Assembly (NCBI GenBank): GCA_963809895.1 | Contig: CAWELD010000003.1 | Location: 3,232,001-3,296,000, forward strand | Length of the DNA: 64,000 nt | Reading direction: 5' to 3' | Source: an uncultured Gemmatimonadales bacterium | GTDB taxonomy: Bacteria > Gemmatimonadota > Gemmatimonadetes > Longimicrobiales > Gaopeijiaceae | Shown: positions 37,200 to 46,814 of the stretch, piece by piece | Layout of the letters: every line of letters starts with the position of its first letter | Numbering within the stretch: the first letter of the stretch is position 1 | Made by a program: the position numbers and the translations under genes | Notes under the pieces: generated by a model | Told to the model about the DNA's origin: nothing | Databases searched by the model: none | Seen by the model: only the letters and a program-made list of their open reading frames with translations

Positions 37200-39113
37200 T
37201 CACCCTCCCTGCCAGCCGTTGTTCGACGAGTCGGCATCGACCCAGATGCCGCTGTCGATCTCCACGGCCTGAAGGTCACCCTGCGGGTCGACCGACACCG
37301 TGGCGCGCGCCGGGTCCGCCTCCCAGACGGCGGCCGTCTGGTGCTGGCGAGTGGTGGTACCATCCGCCCAGGTCAGGACCAGGTCGAACGGCGCAGCCAT
37401 CCCCCCGATGTTGTCTACCGTGACCGTGTATCCGTGGCCTTCCTGGGCCACGCTTCCGACCCCGAGGTCGATGTAGTTGTTGCTGAAGAACCAGTTGCTC
37501 CAGAACCAGTCCAGAGAGCGCCCGGCCACGTCGTCGAAGGTGTAGAAGAAGTCCCAGGGCGTCGGGTGCTTGCCGTGCCAGCGCGTCATGTACGCATGCA
37601 GGCAGCGTCGGAAAAGCTCGTCACCCAGCATGTCCTTGACGGCCAGGTAGCCCAGGGCGGGCTTGCCGTAGGCGTTGATGCCGTAGGCGTTACCCGTGAG
37701 CACGTCGGCGGGCGTGATGATGGGCAGGTCCTTTACGGGCGTCGTGCTCCGGGCCCAATCGTTCACGCGGAAGGCCTCGAAGAACTCCCCCGCCGCGTCC
37801 ACGCCCCGGTCCGCCGAGTTGATCAGATACTCGAACGTGGTCGCCCAGCCTTCGTCCATGAAGGCGTAGCGCGTCTCGTTGATGCCCATGTAGAACGGCA
37901 TGTAGGTGTGGGCGATCTCGTGCGCCACGACGAACAGTGAGAACGCGGGATCATCGTAGGCCTGATCGTTGGCCATCATCGGATACTCCATCCCCGCGCC
38001 GCCCTCGAAGGCCGTCATCTTCTCCCAGGGATAGGGCACCCCGGGCCACTCGTGCGAGAGGAAGTCCAGGGAGTGCTGCACATTGCCCACCATCTCGTGA
38101 ACATCGGGCGCGTCGTCGCTGTACGCCGCCTGCGTACTCGTCCGTCGGCCCGTCGCATCGTCCACCACGACGCTCGCAGCTTCCCAGTCGTAGTGATCGC
38201 TCAGACCGAAGGCCACGTCCGGTACGTTGCTGGACGTGAAATGCCAGGTGTTGGTCAGGTGCTCAGCCGTGACGGCTCCGGCACCGATCTGTGTGGCCGT
38301 GCCGATCACGATGGTCGTATCGGAGGTCATCGACGCCCGGTAGCGCGCGAGCGCCGCCGGCTGCAGCACGTCCTCGTCGTTGACCAGCGTGCCGGTCCCC
38401 CACACCGCATAGGTGCCCGGGACCGTCACCGTCACATCGTAGTCGTTGAAGTCGCTGTAGAACTCGTGGCCCGTGTGGGCCATGGTGTCCCAGCCGTTGT
38501 AGTCGTCGTAGACCGCCACGCGCGGATAGAAATAGGCCAGGTAGAAGGTGGTCTCGTCGATGGCGCCTTCCCGGCCGGGCTGCACCGACACGTCCCATTC
38601 CCAGGTGAACGCGAGATGGACGGAGTCCTGGGGTGACAGCGGCTGCGGGAGTTGGACGTTCGCAACCGTGAAGATGGGCCGATCGTCCGGCCACGGGCGC
38701 GTCTCGCCGTTCACCGAGAAGGACCGGATGTGAACGCCGGACGTGAGGAAGTCCGGTCCCGCACCGCCATCTCTGGGCGCGCCGGGCTTGTGGATGTTGT
38801 TGAGCAGACGGATCACCAGGTTGGACAGCGTGTCGGGGCTGTTGTTGAAGTAGGTGATCGTCTCCCTGCCCGTGACGGTCCGGTCCGGCGGCGTCGCGCT
38901 GATCGCGATCGTGTATCGCCCGCGATTCTGCCAGTACCGGGGGCCCGGATTCCCGTCCAGGGATCGGGTGCCCTCGGCATACGTGCGCTTGATGGAGCGC
39001 GGCGTGTAGAGCGACTGGGCCGCCGCAGGGGCCGCCACCGCCGCGAGGATGAGTGTGCCGAGAACGATCGGAGCCATCCGTGGAGCGCGAGAAGCCGGCA
39101 TGTCGATATCCAT
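37200..39113 (-). CDS. M1 family metalloaminopeptidase, secreted
   Basis: GAGMEYP, HEIAH...DEG; signal peptide. The real start is downstream of the long ORF call. Confidence 0.9.
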   Translation of the reverse strand: MDIDMPASRAPRMAPIVLGTLILAAVAAPAAAQSLYTPRSIKRTYAEGTRSLDGNPGPRYWQNRGRYTIAISATPPDRTVTGRETITYFNNSPDTLSNLVIRLLNNIHKPGAPRDGGAGPDFLTSGVHIRSFSVNGETRPWPDDRPIFTVANVQLPQPLSPQDSVHLAFTWEWDVSVQPGREGAIDETTFYLAYFYPRVAVYDDYNGWDTMAHTGHEFYSDFNDYDVTVTVPGTYAVWGTGTLVNDEDVLQPAALARYRASMTSDTTIVIGTATQIGAGAVTAEHLTNTWHFTSSNVPDVAFGLSDHYDWEAASVVVDDATGRRTSTQAAYSDDAPDVHEMVGNVQHSLDFLSHEWPGVPYPWEKMTAFEGGAGMEYPMMANDQAYDDPAFSLFVVAHEIAHTYMPFYMGINETRYAFMDEGWATTFEYLINSADRGVDAAGEFFEAFRVNDWARSTTPVKDLPIITPADVLTGNAYGINAYGKPALGYLAVKDMLGDELFRRCLHAYMTRWHGKHPTPWDFFYTFDDVAGRSLDWFWSNWFFSNNYIDLGVGSVAQEGHGYTVTVDNIGGMAAPFDLVLTWADGTTTRQHQTAAVWEADPARATVSVDPQGDLQAVEIDSGIWVDADSSNNGWQGG

Positions 39114-39168
39114 GACTGAGGTCCATCCGCGGGACGCTGACCCTACGCAGTGGGGGGCCGCCGGGTTC

Positions 39169-39204
39169 CCCTGGCGGTTGGGGTGAGACCGAGGATAACC
39201 TGCG
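39169..39204 (+). repeat. Motif copy F
   Basis: CCCTGGCGG...GGATAACCTGCG. Confidence 0.6.
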
Positions 39205-39480
39205 CCTGGGCCAGAGATTGCGATCAGCGTGAGACGCTGGGCAGCGACTCTCTCTACGGGCGTCCGGATCCGGGACTCTACTACTCGGTGGTACTCAGCC
39301 TCAATGGCCGCTTCGTCGAGGTGCCGGTGATGCCGTAGGATGCACGGAGAGCGAGGGCGATCCAGCCTGACTTCGCCAAGGAGAAGAAGCCGCGGCCCAC
39401 CGGCAAAGCGTAACGCAACCTGAAAGCGATCGGCCCCAACCTCGGTACCATGTTCAGTTCCCTCCAACGGAGACACTGCC

Positions 39481-40746
39481 ATGGTCCGATTCCTCGTCCG
39501 ATCCCCATCCGGAGCTCGCGCACGATCCCAGGTCATTCTCGCCAGCCTTCTCCTGGCTGCCTGCGGGGGGGATGGAGGCACCACCGAGCCTCCCATGCCC
39601 GGGCCCGTGGTCTCGGTAGCCGTGAGTCCATCGAGTCCCTCCATCACGTTCCTGGACGAGACGGTGCAGCTTTCGGCCACGGCCCGGGACGCCAACGGCA
39701 CCGTGGTGCCGGACGCGAGCGTCACCTGGAGCTCGTCTGACCTCTCCGTCGCCACGGTGAGCGACGCGGGCCTGGTGACGGCCGTGGGCGGCGGCAGTGC
39801 GGACATCACCGCCACGGCCGCGGGCCACAGCGATGTCGCGAGGATTTCCGTCACCGGACCCTCCGACCTGGACTTCCTGAGGTCCGATTGGACCGGCGAG
39901 GCGACGGCCTACACCGACGCCGGCACGGAGACCTTGGCACTGGCCGGCACAGGCGTCGCGCGGGTGGACGGCGCAGCGACGCGGCTGGGTCTGGTCGTGG
40001 GCACCGGTGACGACGCGCGGGAGCTCGTGCTCCTGGGACACCTGGACGGATCCGTCCGGGTCCTGCTGGGGCTGGCGGACGGCTACCGCGGGACCTTCGC
40101 CATGACCGAGGGCGTCTTCGACGGCCTGGGCGGGGCCAGCTTCGACTCCCGGCAACGCCTCGGTGACCAGCGCATGGAGCGCGTGCGCATGGGCGAGTTC
40201 CGCGAGTCGAGCTTCGAGCTTCTCGTGGACGTTTCAGACGACGCCGGCGCCACGTGGAGCCCGGTGTGGGCCTTCCATCTCGAGAAGACCAACGACGGCC
40301 CGGCGCTCCCCGACCTGGAATCCCCCGAGTGCGCAGCCGTGGACTACGCCGACTTCGGATTCTGGCAGGGAGACTGGAACGTGACCGCCGGAGGTGGGCA
40401 GGCCGGCACCGACCTGGTCGAGCCTCTGGCCTCCATGTGCGGCATCCAGGAGAACTGGACCGCCACGGGCGGGAGCACCGGCATCAGCCTCAACATGTAC
40501 GATCCCCGGTCGGGCCTCTGGACCCAGTACTGGGTGGATTCCGCCGGCGCGTATCTCGAGCTCACCGGAGGACTACAGGGGAATTCCATGGTGCTCCAGG
40601 GACTTCGCGGTGGGGCCGGGAACGTGCTGGACCGCGTGACCTGGACGCCCAACGCTGACGGTTCCGTGCGGCAACTCTGGGAGACCAACACCGGCGGGAC
40701 CGGATGGACGACGACCTTCGACGGGCTCTATCGGCCCAAGGGATAG
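39481..40746 (+). CDS. Lipoprotein with Big_2 Ig-like domain and beta-rich C-terminal domains
   Basis: LAAC; VTWSSSD.SVATVSDAGLVTAV; C.....DFGFWQGDW...W.Q.WVD. Confidence 0.8.
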   Translation: MVRFLVRSPSGARARSQVILASLLLAACGGDGGTTEPPMPGPVVSVAVSPSSPSITFLDETVQLSATARDANGTVVPDASVTWSSSDLSVATVSDAGLVTAVGGGSADITATAAGHSDVARISVTGPSDLDFLRSDWTGEATAYTDAGTETLALAGTGVARVDGAATRLGLVVGTGDDARELVLLGHLDGSVRVLLGLADGYRGTFAMTEGVFDGLGGASFDSRQRLGDQRMERVRMGEFRESSFELLVDVSDDAGATWSPVWAFHLEKTNDGPALPDLESPECAAVDYADFGFWQGDWNVTAGGGQAGTDLVEPLASMCGIQENWTATGGSTGISLNMYDPRSGLWTQYWVDSAGAYLELTGGLQGNSMVLQGLRGGAGNVLDRVTWTPNADGSVRQLWETNTGGTGWTTTFDGLYRPKG

Positions 40747-41215
40747 GGGGCTCGCGCGCGTGGCCCTCTCAGCGCAGTCGATAGGTCGCCGTCGCTCGGC
40801 AAGGAATACCGGCACCCACGCGTGCTCCGGTCCGTCGGCGAAGGGATGGATCTCCTCATCGGACGTCTGGCCGTACCTGGAGACATCGAATCCGTAGTGA
40901 CCTGCACTGACACCCGCAGTGAAGCGGGCGGCGCGGTGCACAGCGTGCCCATGCGGGTATCGGTGCCCCACCACCGGGCCAGGCTGCCCCGGATCCCCAG
41001 GAGCCTGCCCGCGGGTACGGTGGCCTCTACGCGCACGCCCGGCCCACCCTCGAGGGCGAGCCGACGCATGACCTCGCTGAGGTGAAGCTCGTGCTTCGCT
41101 GAAGCCGCGGAGCTCAGATCCAGCGACCGTCGCACCCCGTCGGATACGGCCATGGCCCCGACCCGGCGCCGACCCTATCATTCAATCTCACCATCGCTCC
41201 CTCCTCACGCTGGTC

Positions 41216-41773
41216 ATGATCCTCCAGGACCAACTCCGCGAGCTCCTTCGGCGCCAGGACGGCTTCTCCGAGCAACTCGGTGACGTCGTTCGGTCGCAAG
41301 GCACGATGGTGGAGCGTCTGGGGTCGGCCGAGACGACGCAGGTGAGCATCCTGAATCGGCTCGATTCTCTCGAGACGACGCAGGTGAGCATCCTGAATCG
41401 GCTCGATTCTCTCGAGACGACGCAGGCGAGCATCCTGAATCGGCTCGACTCTCTCGAGACGACGCAGGCGAGCATCCTGAATCGGCTCGATTCTCTCGAG
41501 ACGACGCAGGCGAGCATCCTGAATCGGCTCGATTCCATGGAGCGGAGACAGGAAGCGGCGTCGGAGGAGTTCGGCCAGCTCGTCCAGTTTCTGGGCCGGA
41601 AGTTCGCGTCGATCGACCGACGCTTCGAGGCAGTCGATGAGCGATTCGTCCGGCTGGAGGTCGGTCTCGAGGGCGTCCGTGACGAGATCCGGATCCTCGC
41701 CGAGGGCATCGGAGGCCTGAACCAGCGCCTGGACCGCTTCATGGAGCGGATGGAGAGACTCGAGGCGAACTGA
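41216..41773 (+). CDS. Coiled-coil protein with a 14-aa tandem repeat
   Basis: ETTQ(V/A)SILNRLDSL repeated 5 times. Confidence 0.75.
   Translation: MILQDQLRELLRRQDGFSEQLGDVVRSQGTMVERLGSAETTQVSILNRLDSLETTQVSILNRLDSLETTQASILNRLDSLETTQASILNRLDSLETTQASILNRLDSMERRQEAASEEFGQLVQFLGRKFASIDRRFEAVDERFVRLEVGLEGVRDEIRILAEGIGGLNQRLDRFMERMERLEAN
41330..41535 (+). repeat. 42-bp in-frame tandem repeat, ~4.9 copies
   Basis: GAGACGACGCAGG(T/C)GAGCATCCTGAATCGGCTCGA(T/C)TCTCTC. Confidence 0.97.
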
Positions 41774-41853
41774 GGGTAGGCTCCGTCGGGGAACCGGAAC
41801 TGCGAGTCCTGACCGGAAGTAGTGTCGTTGGCTTCTCTGGACCTGGAGCGCAC

Positions 41854-42879
41854 GTGAGCGCAGTCCGCCTCACCGTTTCCGCTGCCCTGCTGACTGGCGC
41901 CCTCTGGGTCTCAGCGTGCGAGCGCGCCCCTGGAGATTCCGGGCGAGGCGCCGAGTCACTGCCCGATCATCGGAGCCGGATGCTCGACCTCGGCGGCCAT
42001 GAGACGGAGGTCGTCGAGTGGGGGGATGCGGGTCCCGCGGTGATCCTGATCCACGGCGCAAACATGTCCCCGCACATGTTCGACGACTTCGCGCCGAGAT
42101 TCGCCGACCGCTATCACCTGGTGGCCTTCGCCCGGCGGGGACACGGGAAAGCGACCCCGCCCAGCGAGTCCTTCGATATCGACGACCTCGCCAACGACAT
42201 CGCAGTCGTCATGGATTCTCTGGGTATCGAGCAAGCCGTCCTGATGGCGCATTCGTTCGGCGGAAACGAGATCACGCGCTTCGTCGCCGTGCACCCGGAC
42301 CGGGTGACGGGCCTCGTGTATCTGGATGCAGATTTCGGCGGGGCGGACCAAGGGGTGCTGGAACTCCTGGCGGCTGGGCCCGTGCCCCCGTGTGCGGAGC
42401 ACAGCGGGGACTCGTTCGCCTCGCTCCGGCGATGCATCGCGGACTACCTCATGGCGCCACACGCCTGGAACGCTTCGTTGGAGGAGCTGATCCGCGATAT
42501 TGCCGATACGACAGGTCCGGTGACTTTCAAGACCGAGGCCGAACACGTCGGAACCTCGATGGAGGCGGTGAACTCGAACTATCACCGCGATTACGGAGCC
42601 ATTCAGGTTCCCGTGTTGTTCCTGGTCTCGGACACGTATTTCTCGGTCCAGACCGCAGATACGGCCTGGAACCGGAGCTTCCAGGCATGGAACGACACCA
42701 GTGGCTACGCAGAAGCCAAGTTCGCCAACGTCGAGCGGCTCCGCCGCCTGTTTCCGGAGGGGCGCGTCGTCGTGGTGCCCGGGACCTCGCACGACAATTT
42801 CGTCCTGTTCGATCAGGTGGCGCAGGAGGTCGGTGCCTTTCTCCGAGACCTGCCGGTGAGGCGCCGGCGCCGTGGGTGA
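41854..42879 (+). CDS. Alpha/beta hydrolase lipoprotein
   Basis: VSAC; LIHG; RRGHG; AHSFGG nucleophile elbow. Confidence 0.88.
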   Translation: MSAVRLTVSAALLTGALWVSACERAPGDSGRGAESLPDHRSRMLDLGGHETEVVEWGDAGPAVILIHGANMSPHMFDDFAPRFADRYHLVAFARRGHGKATPPSESFDIDDLANDIAVVMDSLGIEQAVLMAHSFGGNEITRFVAVHPDRVTGLVYLDADFGGADQGVLELLAAGPVPPCAEHSGDSFASLRRCIADYLMAPHAWNASLEELIRDIADTTGPVTFKTEAEHVGTSMEAVNSNYHRDYGAIQVPVLFLVSDTYFSVQTADTAWNRSFQAWNDTSGYAEAKFANVERLRRLFPEGRVVVVPGTSHDNFVLFDQVAQEVGAFLRDLPVRRRRRG

Positions 42880-43678
42880 GCGTGACCGGACCCGCGAACT
42901 GATCGTGGGCGCGTTTCAGTTCGCCGGTAGCGCCGATCCAGCCCGCAATGCAGCGGCCCTGGAACGTGGGATCAGCGATGCGGCACAACAGGGGGTGCGC
43001 CTCCTGGCAACGCAGGAATGCGCCCTGTCCGGCTATGCGCCGTCGGAAGTGGAATCCCCCGAGACCATCGATCGGACGGCCCAACGAACTGCCCTCCATC
43101 GCATCGTCGAGCTGGTCAGGCACCGTGACATGTACCTGGTCCTCGGCATGACCACCTTCCAGAGCCACCGCGCCCGCAACACCGTGCGGCTCGTGACGCC
43201 CGACGGTGCTCTGCGAAAGCCGTATCACAAGCGTGCGCTGTACGGGTGGGACGAGACCCACTACGTGCCGGGCGCGGCCGCCGGAGGTGTACACCTGGTC
43301 GACGGCGTGCGCATCGGACTGCGGATCTGCTACGAGGTACGCTTCCCCGAGTATTTCCGGGAGCTGTTCCGGAGGAGGGTCCAGCTCGCCGTCGTGTCGT
43401 TCGCGGACGTGGGGCCCCACAAGGACAAGTACGATGTCGTACTGGCTCATCTGGTCAGTCGAGCCGCCGAGAACGCCATGTACGTCCTCTCTGCGAACAG
43501 CGTGTCGGGACCCCAGGTGGCCCCGACATGTCTCGTGGATCCCGACGGACGGCTGCTCGCCCGCGCGCCGCGCACGGGAGAAGCATTGATCACGAAAACG
43601 ATCAGCATCGATCCACCGAACTTCGGCCGAATCGGACGAATCAAGCTGTCGTCGAAACTGGTATCAGAACCTACCTGA
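42872..43678 (+). CDS. Carbon-nitrogen hydrolase (nitrilase superfamily)
   Basis: TQECALSGY, YHK, ICYEVRFPE (E-K-C triad). Confidence 0.9.
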   Translation: MGERDRTRELIVGAFQFAGSADPARNAAALERGISDAAQQGVRLLATQECALSGYAPSEVESPETIDRTAQRTALHRIVELVRHRDMYLVLGMTTFQSHRARNTVRLVTPDGALRKPYHKRALYGWDETHYVPGAAAGGVHLVDGVRIGLRICYEVRFPEYFRELFRRRVQLAVVSFADVGPHKDKYDVVLAHLVSRAAENAMYVLSANSVSGPQVAPTCLVDPDGRLLARAPRTGEALITKTISIDPPNFGRIGRIKLSSKLVSEPT

Positions 43679-43724
43679 TGCGCGCCTGACGAGGGACGCG
43701 ACCGCGGAGCCGTACCGGCCACAG

Positions 43725-43764
43725 GACCCTGGCCCTAGAGGCGCTGCCCAGAGTAACCTGTGAG
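43725..43764 (+). repeat. Motif copy G
   Basis: GACCCTGGCC...GAGTAACCTGTGAG. Confidence 0.65.
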
Positions 43765-43848
43765 TCGGATGATCTCAGGCGGGGGCAGCCGAGTGGTGAT
43801 GAGGTTCCGATCCGCGTCGGGACATTCCTCCTTTCGCGAGGGCTGCAT

Positions 43849-44835
43849 ATGCGCAGACGACGGCATGGGCCGCGAGGGCGACTCCGAAACACGGCGCGTC
43901 CAACACCGTTGTCGCAGATGTGCGTTGCCGTGGTCGTCTCCTTGGCTGTGCCAGGGACGGCGACAGGCCAGGCACCGGCCGATTCCGTGACCCTTCTCAA
44001 CTACGTCGAGGAGTACCAAACCGTCTGGAACACCCGCGATCCAGCACGTGTTGCGGCATTCTTCACCGAGGACGCGGATCTCGTCATGGGCAATCAGCCT
44101 CCGGCCGAGGGACGTGACGCGATCGAAGGCTGGTGGCGGGCGTACTTCGAGGTGCAGGAGCAGGGGCGAGGCGGGAGGTTCGATGTAACCTCGCTCAAGC
44201 TCCTCGGCCCTACCGCCGCACTCGTTGATATCACGAGCACGACGGGCGCTGCGGATACCGCGCACGAAGCACTCGTAACCAGGAAGGCCCGCGGGACGTG
44301 GCTGTTGCGCAAGCGAGGCGACGGTTGGCTGATCGCGGCGATGCGTGGCCTGCCGAGCGAGGGAGACGAGGTCGAATTGAATCCCTCGCAGGAAGATGCC
44401 GAAGAACTGAGGCCGCAGATACGCGCGTTCGTTGGCGCGTACGAAGACGCCTTCAATCGTCACGATGCCGACGCGTTGAGCGCCTTCTACGGGAGTGACG
44501 CCGACATCGTCGTGCGAGAGTTGCCTGCCGTTCGGGGGATCGAAGCTATCAGGGCCTGGTGGCGCACCTACTTCAGTCAGCCGCGACCGTACTACGCCTT
44601 GATGGTGATCCGAGAGATCAAGATGATCACGGACGATGTCGCGCTGCTGAATGTGATCGGAACGGGCGCGCCCTATGAGCACACCACCGAGGTCGAGCCA
44701 GTCCGGACCGCGCGTGCGACGTGGGTCGTGGCACGTACGGACGGTGAGTGGCGAATCGTCGCTTTGCGCGTGTTGCCCAGCGAGCCTGATCGCGTGATTC
44801 GTGCGTCGGGTGGCGGGGGCCAGAGCGAGTTCTGA
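43849..44835 (+). CDS. Tandem SnoaL/DUF4440 (SgcJ/EcaC-like) secreted protein; start uncertain
   Basis: Two copies of W/FN..D...A.F...DAD...G..AI..WWR.YF. Confidence 0.8.
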   Translation: MRRRRHGPRGRLRNTARPTPLSQMCVAVVVSLAVPGTATGQAPADSVTLLNYVEEYQTVWNTRDPARVAAFFTEDADLVMGNQPPAEGRDAIEGWWRAYFEVQEQGRGGRFDVTSLKLLGPTAALVDITSTTGAADTAHEALVTRKARGTWLLRKRGDGWLIAAMRGLPSEGDEVELNPSQEDAEELRPQIRAFVGAYEDAFNRHDADALSAFYGSDADIVVRELPAVRGIEAIRAWWRTYFSQPRPYYALMVIREIKMITDDVALLNVIGTGAPYEHTTEVEPVRTARATWVVARTDGEWRIVALRVLPSEPDRVIRASGGGGQSEF

Positions 44836-44862
44836 GTCGGAACCCTGGTCAGCAGGTGACCC

Positions 44863-45153
44863 ATGAACACCGAACGGACAGTCCCCGACGCAGAAGAAGA
44901 GCGGCGAGGTGACGACGAGGCCGCTCGCTTCCCTTTGTGGAGGACGTTGACCGAGCCTGCGGTCGCTGCGGGGGTCGCCAGCGTCCTGTCGATGCTCTAT
45001 GCACCCTCGCTGTTTGTCGCCGCAGTACCGGCAGCGATCTTCGCTGCTGCACTCAGGCTTCGTCGGGAGTACGCCGGCAGCGACCGTCGGAGCCTGGAGT
45101 CGGGAGACGCGCGAGACGCGTTGCTCGAGGAGCACCCCGATCCCTTGAGCTAG
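44863..45153 (+). CDS. Small hypothetical membrane protein
   Basis: Two hydrophobic segments; RBS. Confidence 0.55.
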   Translation: MNTERTVPDAEEERRGDDEAARFPLWRTLTEPAVAAGVASVLSMLYAPSLFVAAVPAAIFAAALRLRREYAGSDRRSLESGDARDALLEEHPDPLS

Positions 45154-45173
45154 CGTAGTGGCGCCTGGATCCG

Positions 45174-46640
45174 CTATTCCCGCACGCGCGTACCGCACCA
45201 GGCGCTCAGCGCGTCGGCCAACCCCGACTGGCTTCCCTCGCCCACCCACGCCACGTATCCGTCCGGGCGGACAAGCACCGCCGTGGGAGCCTCCACCGTC
45301 CCGAGCACGGGGAGCTCCCACGGGCCCTCGCAGGTGGCCTCGACCGTACGAACCCGATCGGCCCATGGGGAGAGGTCGAAGCCGCTCGCGCCGCCGAGAT
45401 CGAGCAGCACCGGCCGGGCCTCGTGCAGAAGCGTGAAGACCCGCACGGTGCCGTCGTCGGTGCGGAGGTCGAGGTCGGGCATGCGACGGCCCAGCAGCGG
45501 GTGCCCCTCGCCGAGATCGTAGTGGAGGTCGAGACCGGACATCATCCCGGCGAGGTGCTTTCGGGGCTCCTCCATGCCGAGCAGGTCAGCCACGATCTCC
45601 CGCAGGGCCTCGGTGCGGTCGTCGGTGCGGAGCAGCGCGACCTGGGCCATCGTGTCCCTGAGCACACGCGCAGCGATCGGGTGCCGCTCGGCACGGTAGG
45701 TATCGAGCAGACTCTCCGGCGATGTGCCCTTCACGACCTGGGCCAGCTTCCAGCCCAGGTTGACGGCATCCTGCACGCCGATGTTGAGACCCTGCCCGCC
45801 CACCGGGTAGTGCACGTGCGCGGCGTCGCCGGCCAACAATACTCGCCCCTCGCGGTAGCTCGCGGCCTGTCGGGCCATATCGGTGAACCGCGAAATCCAG
45901 GTGGGATTGTGGACGCCGTAATCCGTTCCGAACGCGGCGACGAGCTCCTCACTCAGGTCGCGTAGCGTGGGATCGCCGGTCCGGTCGCGCCGCTGTTCGG
46001 TGACCATGACCCCCACCGGACCCCCCTCCTCCGTCCGGCTCCACGCGTAGATGCCCTGCGGCTTGCGATGGAGGCCCCACTCCGGCTCCTCGGTCACCTG
46101 GACCTCGGCCAGCAGGTTGCTGATCGTGGCATCCCATCCCGGAAACTCGATGCCGGCGGCCTTCCGGATCAGGCTCCGTCCGCCGTCGCATCCCACGAGA
46201 TAATCCCCCCGCAGTGAGGTGCCGTCGGACACCTCCACATCGACGCCGGTATCGTCCTGCGCGAACCCCGTCACCTCGCGTCCGCGATAGATCGTCACCC
46301 GCAACTCGTCGACCCACCCGGCGAGGATGCGCTCGATGTGCATCTGCGGCAGCGCGAGCCCGTAGTGGTGGCGGGTGGGAAAGTCGCTGATGTCCAGAGG
46401 GATCCAGGCGAATCCCGCCACCTGTGCCGTGCTTCCCTCGGAGAGAAAGCGATCGGCGATCCCCCGCTGATCCAGGACCTCGATGGTACGTGCGTGCAGA
46501 CCGCCTGCCCGTCGGCCGGGGAGGTCCTGATCGGGGCGTCGCTCGACGACGGCGACGTCGATGCCCGCCAACGCCAGCTCACCCGCCAGCATCAATCCGG
46601 TTGGTCCTCCCCCAGCAATCACCACCGCGTGCTCGGTCAT
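45174..46640 (-). CDS. FAD-dependent monooxygenase (Rox/PheA-like)
   Basis: VIAGGGPTG, LVGCDGGRS, LAGDAAHVHYPVGGQGLN, LVRPDGYVAW. Confidence 0.9.
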   Translation of the reverse strand: MTEHAVVIAGGGPTGLMLAGELALAGIDVAVVERRPDQDLPGRRAGGLHARTIEVLDQRGIADRFLSEGSTAQVAGFAWIPLDISDFPTRHHYGLALPQMHIERILAGWVDELRVTIYRGREVTGFAQDDTGVDVEVSDGTSLRGDYLVGCDGGRSLIRKAAGIEFPGWDATISNLLAEVQVTEEPEWGLHRKPQGIYAWSRTEEGGPVGVMVTEQRRDRTGDPTLRDLSEELVAAFGTDYGVHNPTWISRFTDMARQAASYREGRVLLAGDAAHVHYPVGGQGLNIGVQDAVNLGWKLAQVVKGTSPESLLDTYRAERHPIAARVLRDTMAQVALLRTDDRTEALREIVADLLGMEEPRKHLAGMMSGLDLHYDLGEGHPLLGRRMPDLDLRTDDGTVRVFTLLHEARPVLLDLGGASGFDLSPWADRVRTVEATCEGPWELPVLGTVEAPTAVLVRPDGYVAWVGEGSQSGLADALSAWCGTRVRE

Positions 46641-46756
46641 GAAATACCGCCTCCCTTCGTGCAGAATCCGGCGCTTCTTCGGACCATCAAACCTGCATTT
46701 CGACCCCGGGCTTGCTGCAAGTCCCCCGGGGCCCGATACATTAGAACCGAGGGGAA

Positions 46757-46794
46757 GCCTGGCAGAGCACGCGTGACGCTGCGTCACCTGCGAG
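46757..46794 (+). repeat. Motif copy H
   Basis: GCCTGGCA...GCGTCACCTGCGAG. Confidence 0.7.
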
Positions 46795-46814
46795 GCGTCG
46801 GGAAGGGAGTGTGC

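Noticed and set aside
39114..39854. N-terminal extensions of the 884-aa M1 peptidase ORF (likewise the 658-aa monooxygenase ORF)
   Set aside because: They overlap opposite-strand genes; signal peptide and motif positions indicate downstream starts (39113 and 46640).
40728..41181. Minus-strand ORFs between the Ig-domain and coiled-coil genes
   Set aside because: No recognisable family; could be a remnant but cannot be supported.
41330..41535. Repeat array as a possible CRISPR
   Set aside because: The units are contiguous with no unique spacers, are in frame within an ORF, and there are no cas genes.
43735..45366. Long antisense or alternative-frame ORFs (e.g. 43735-45366, 35470-36924, 47649-49013, 54280-55626, 57349-58842)
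   Set aside because: Shadow ORFs of real genes in high-GC DNA, with no recognisable motifs.
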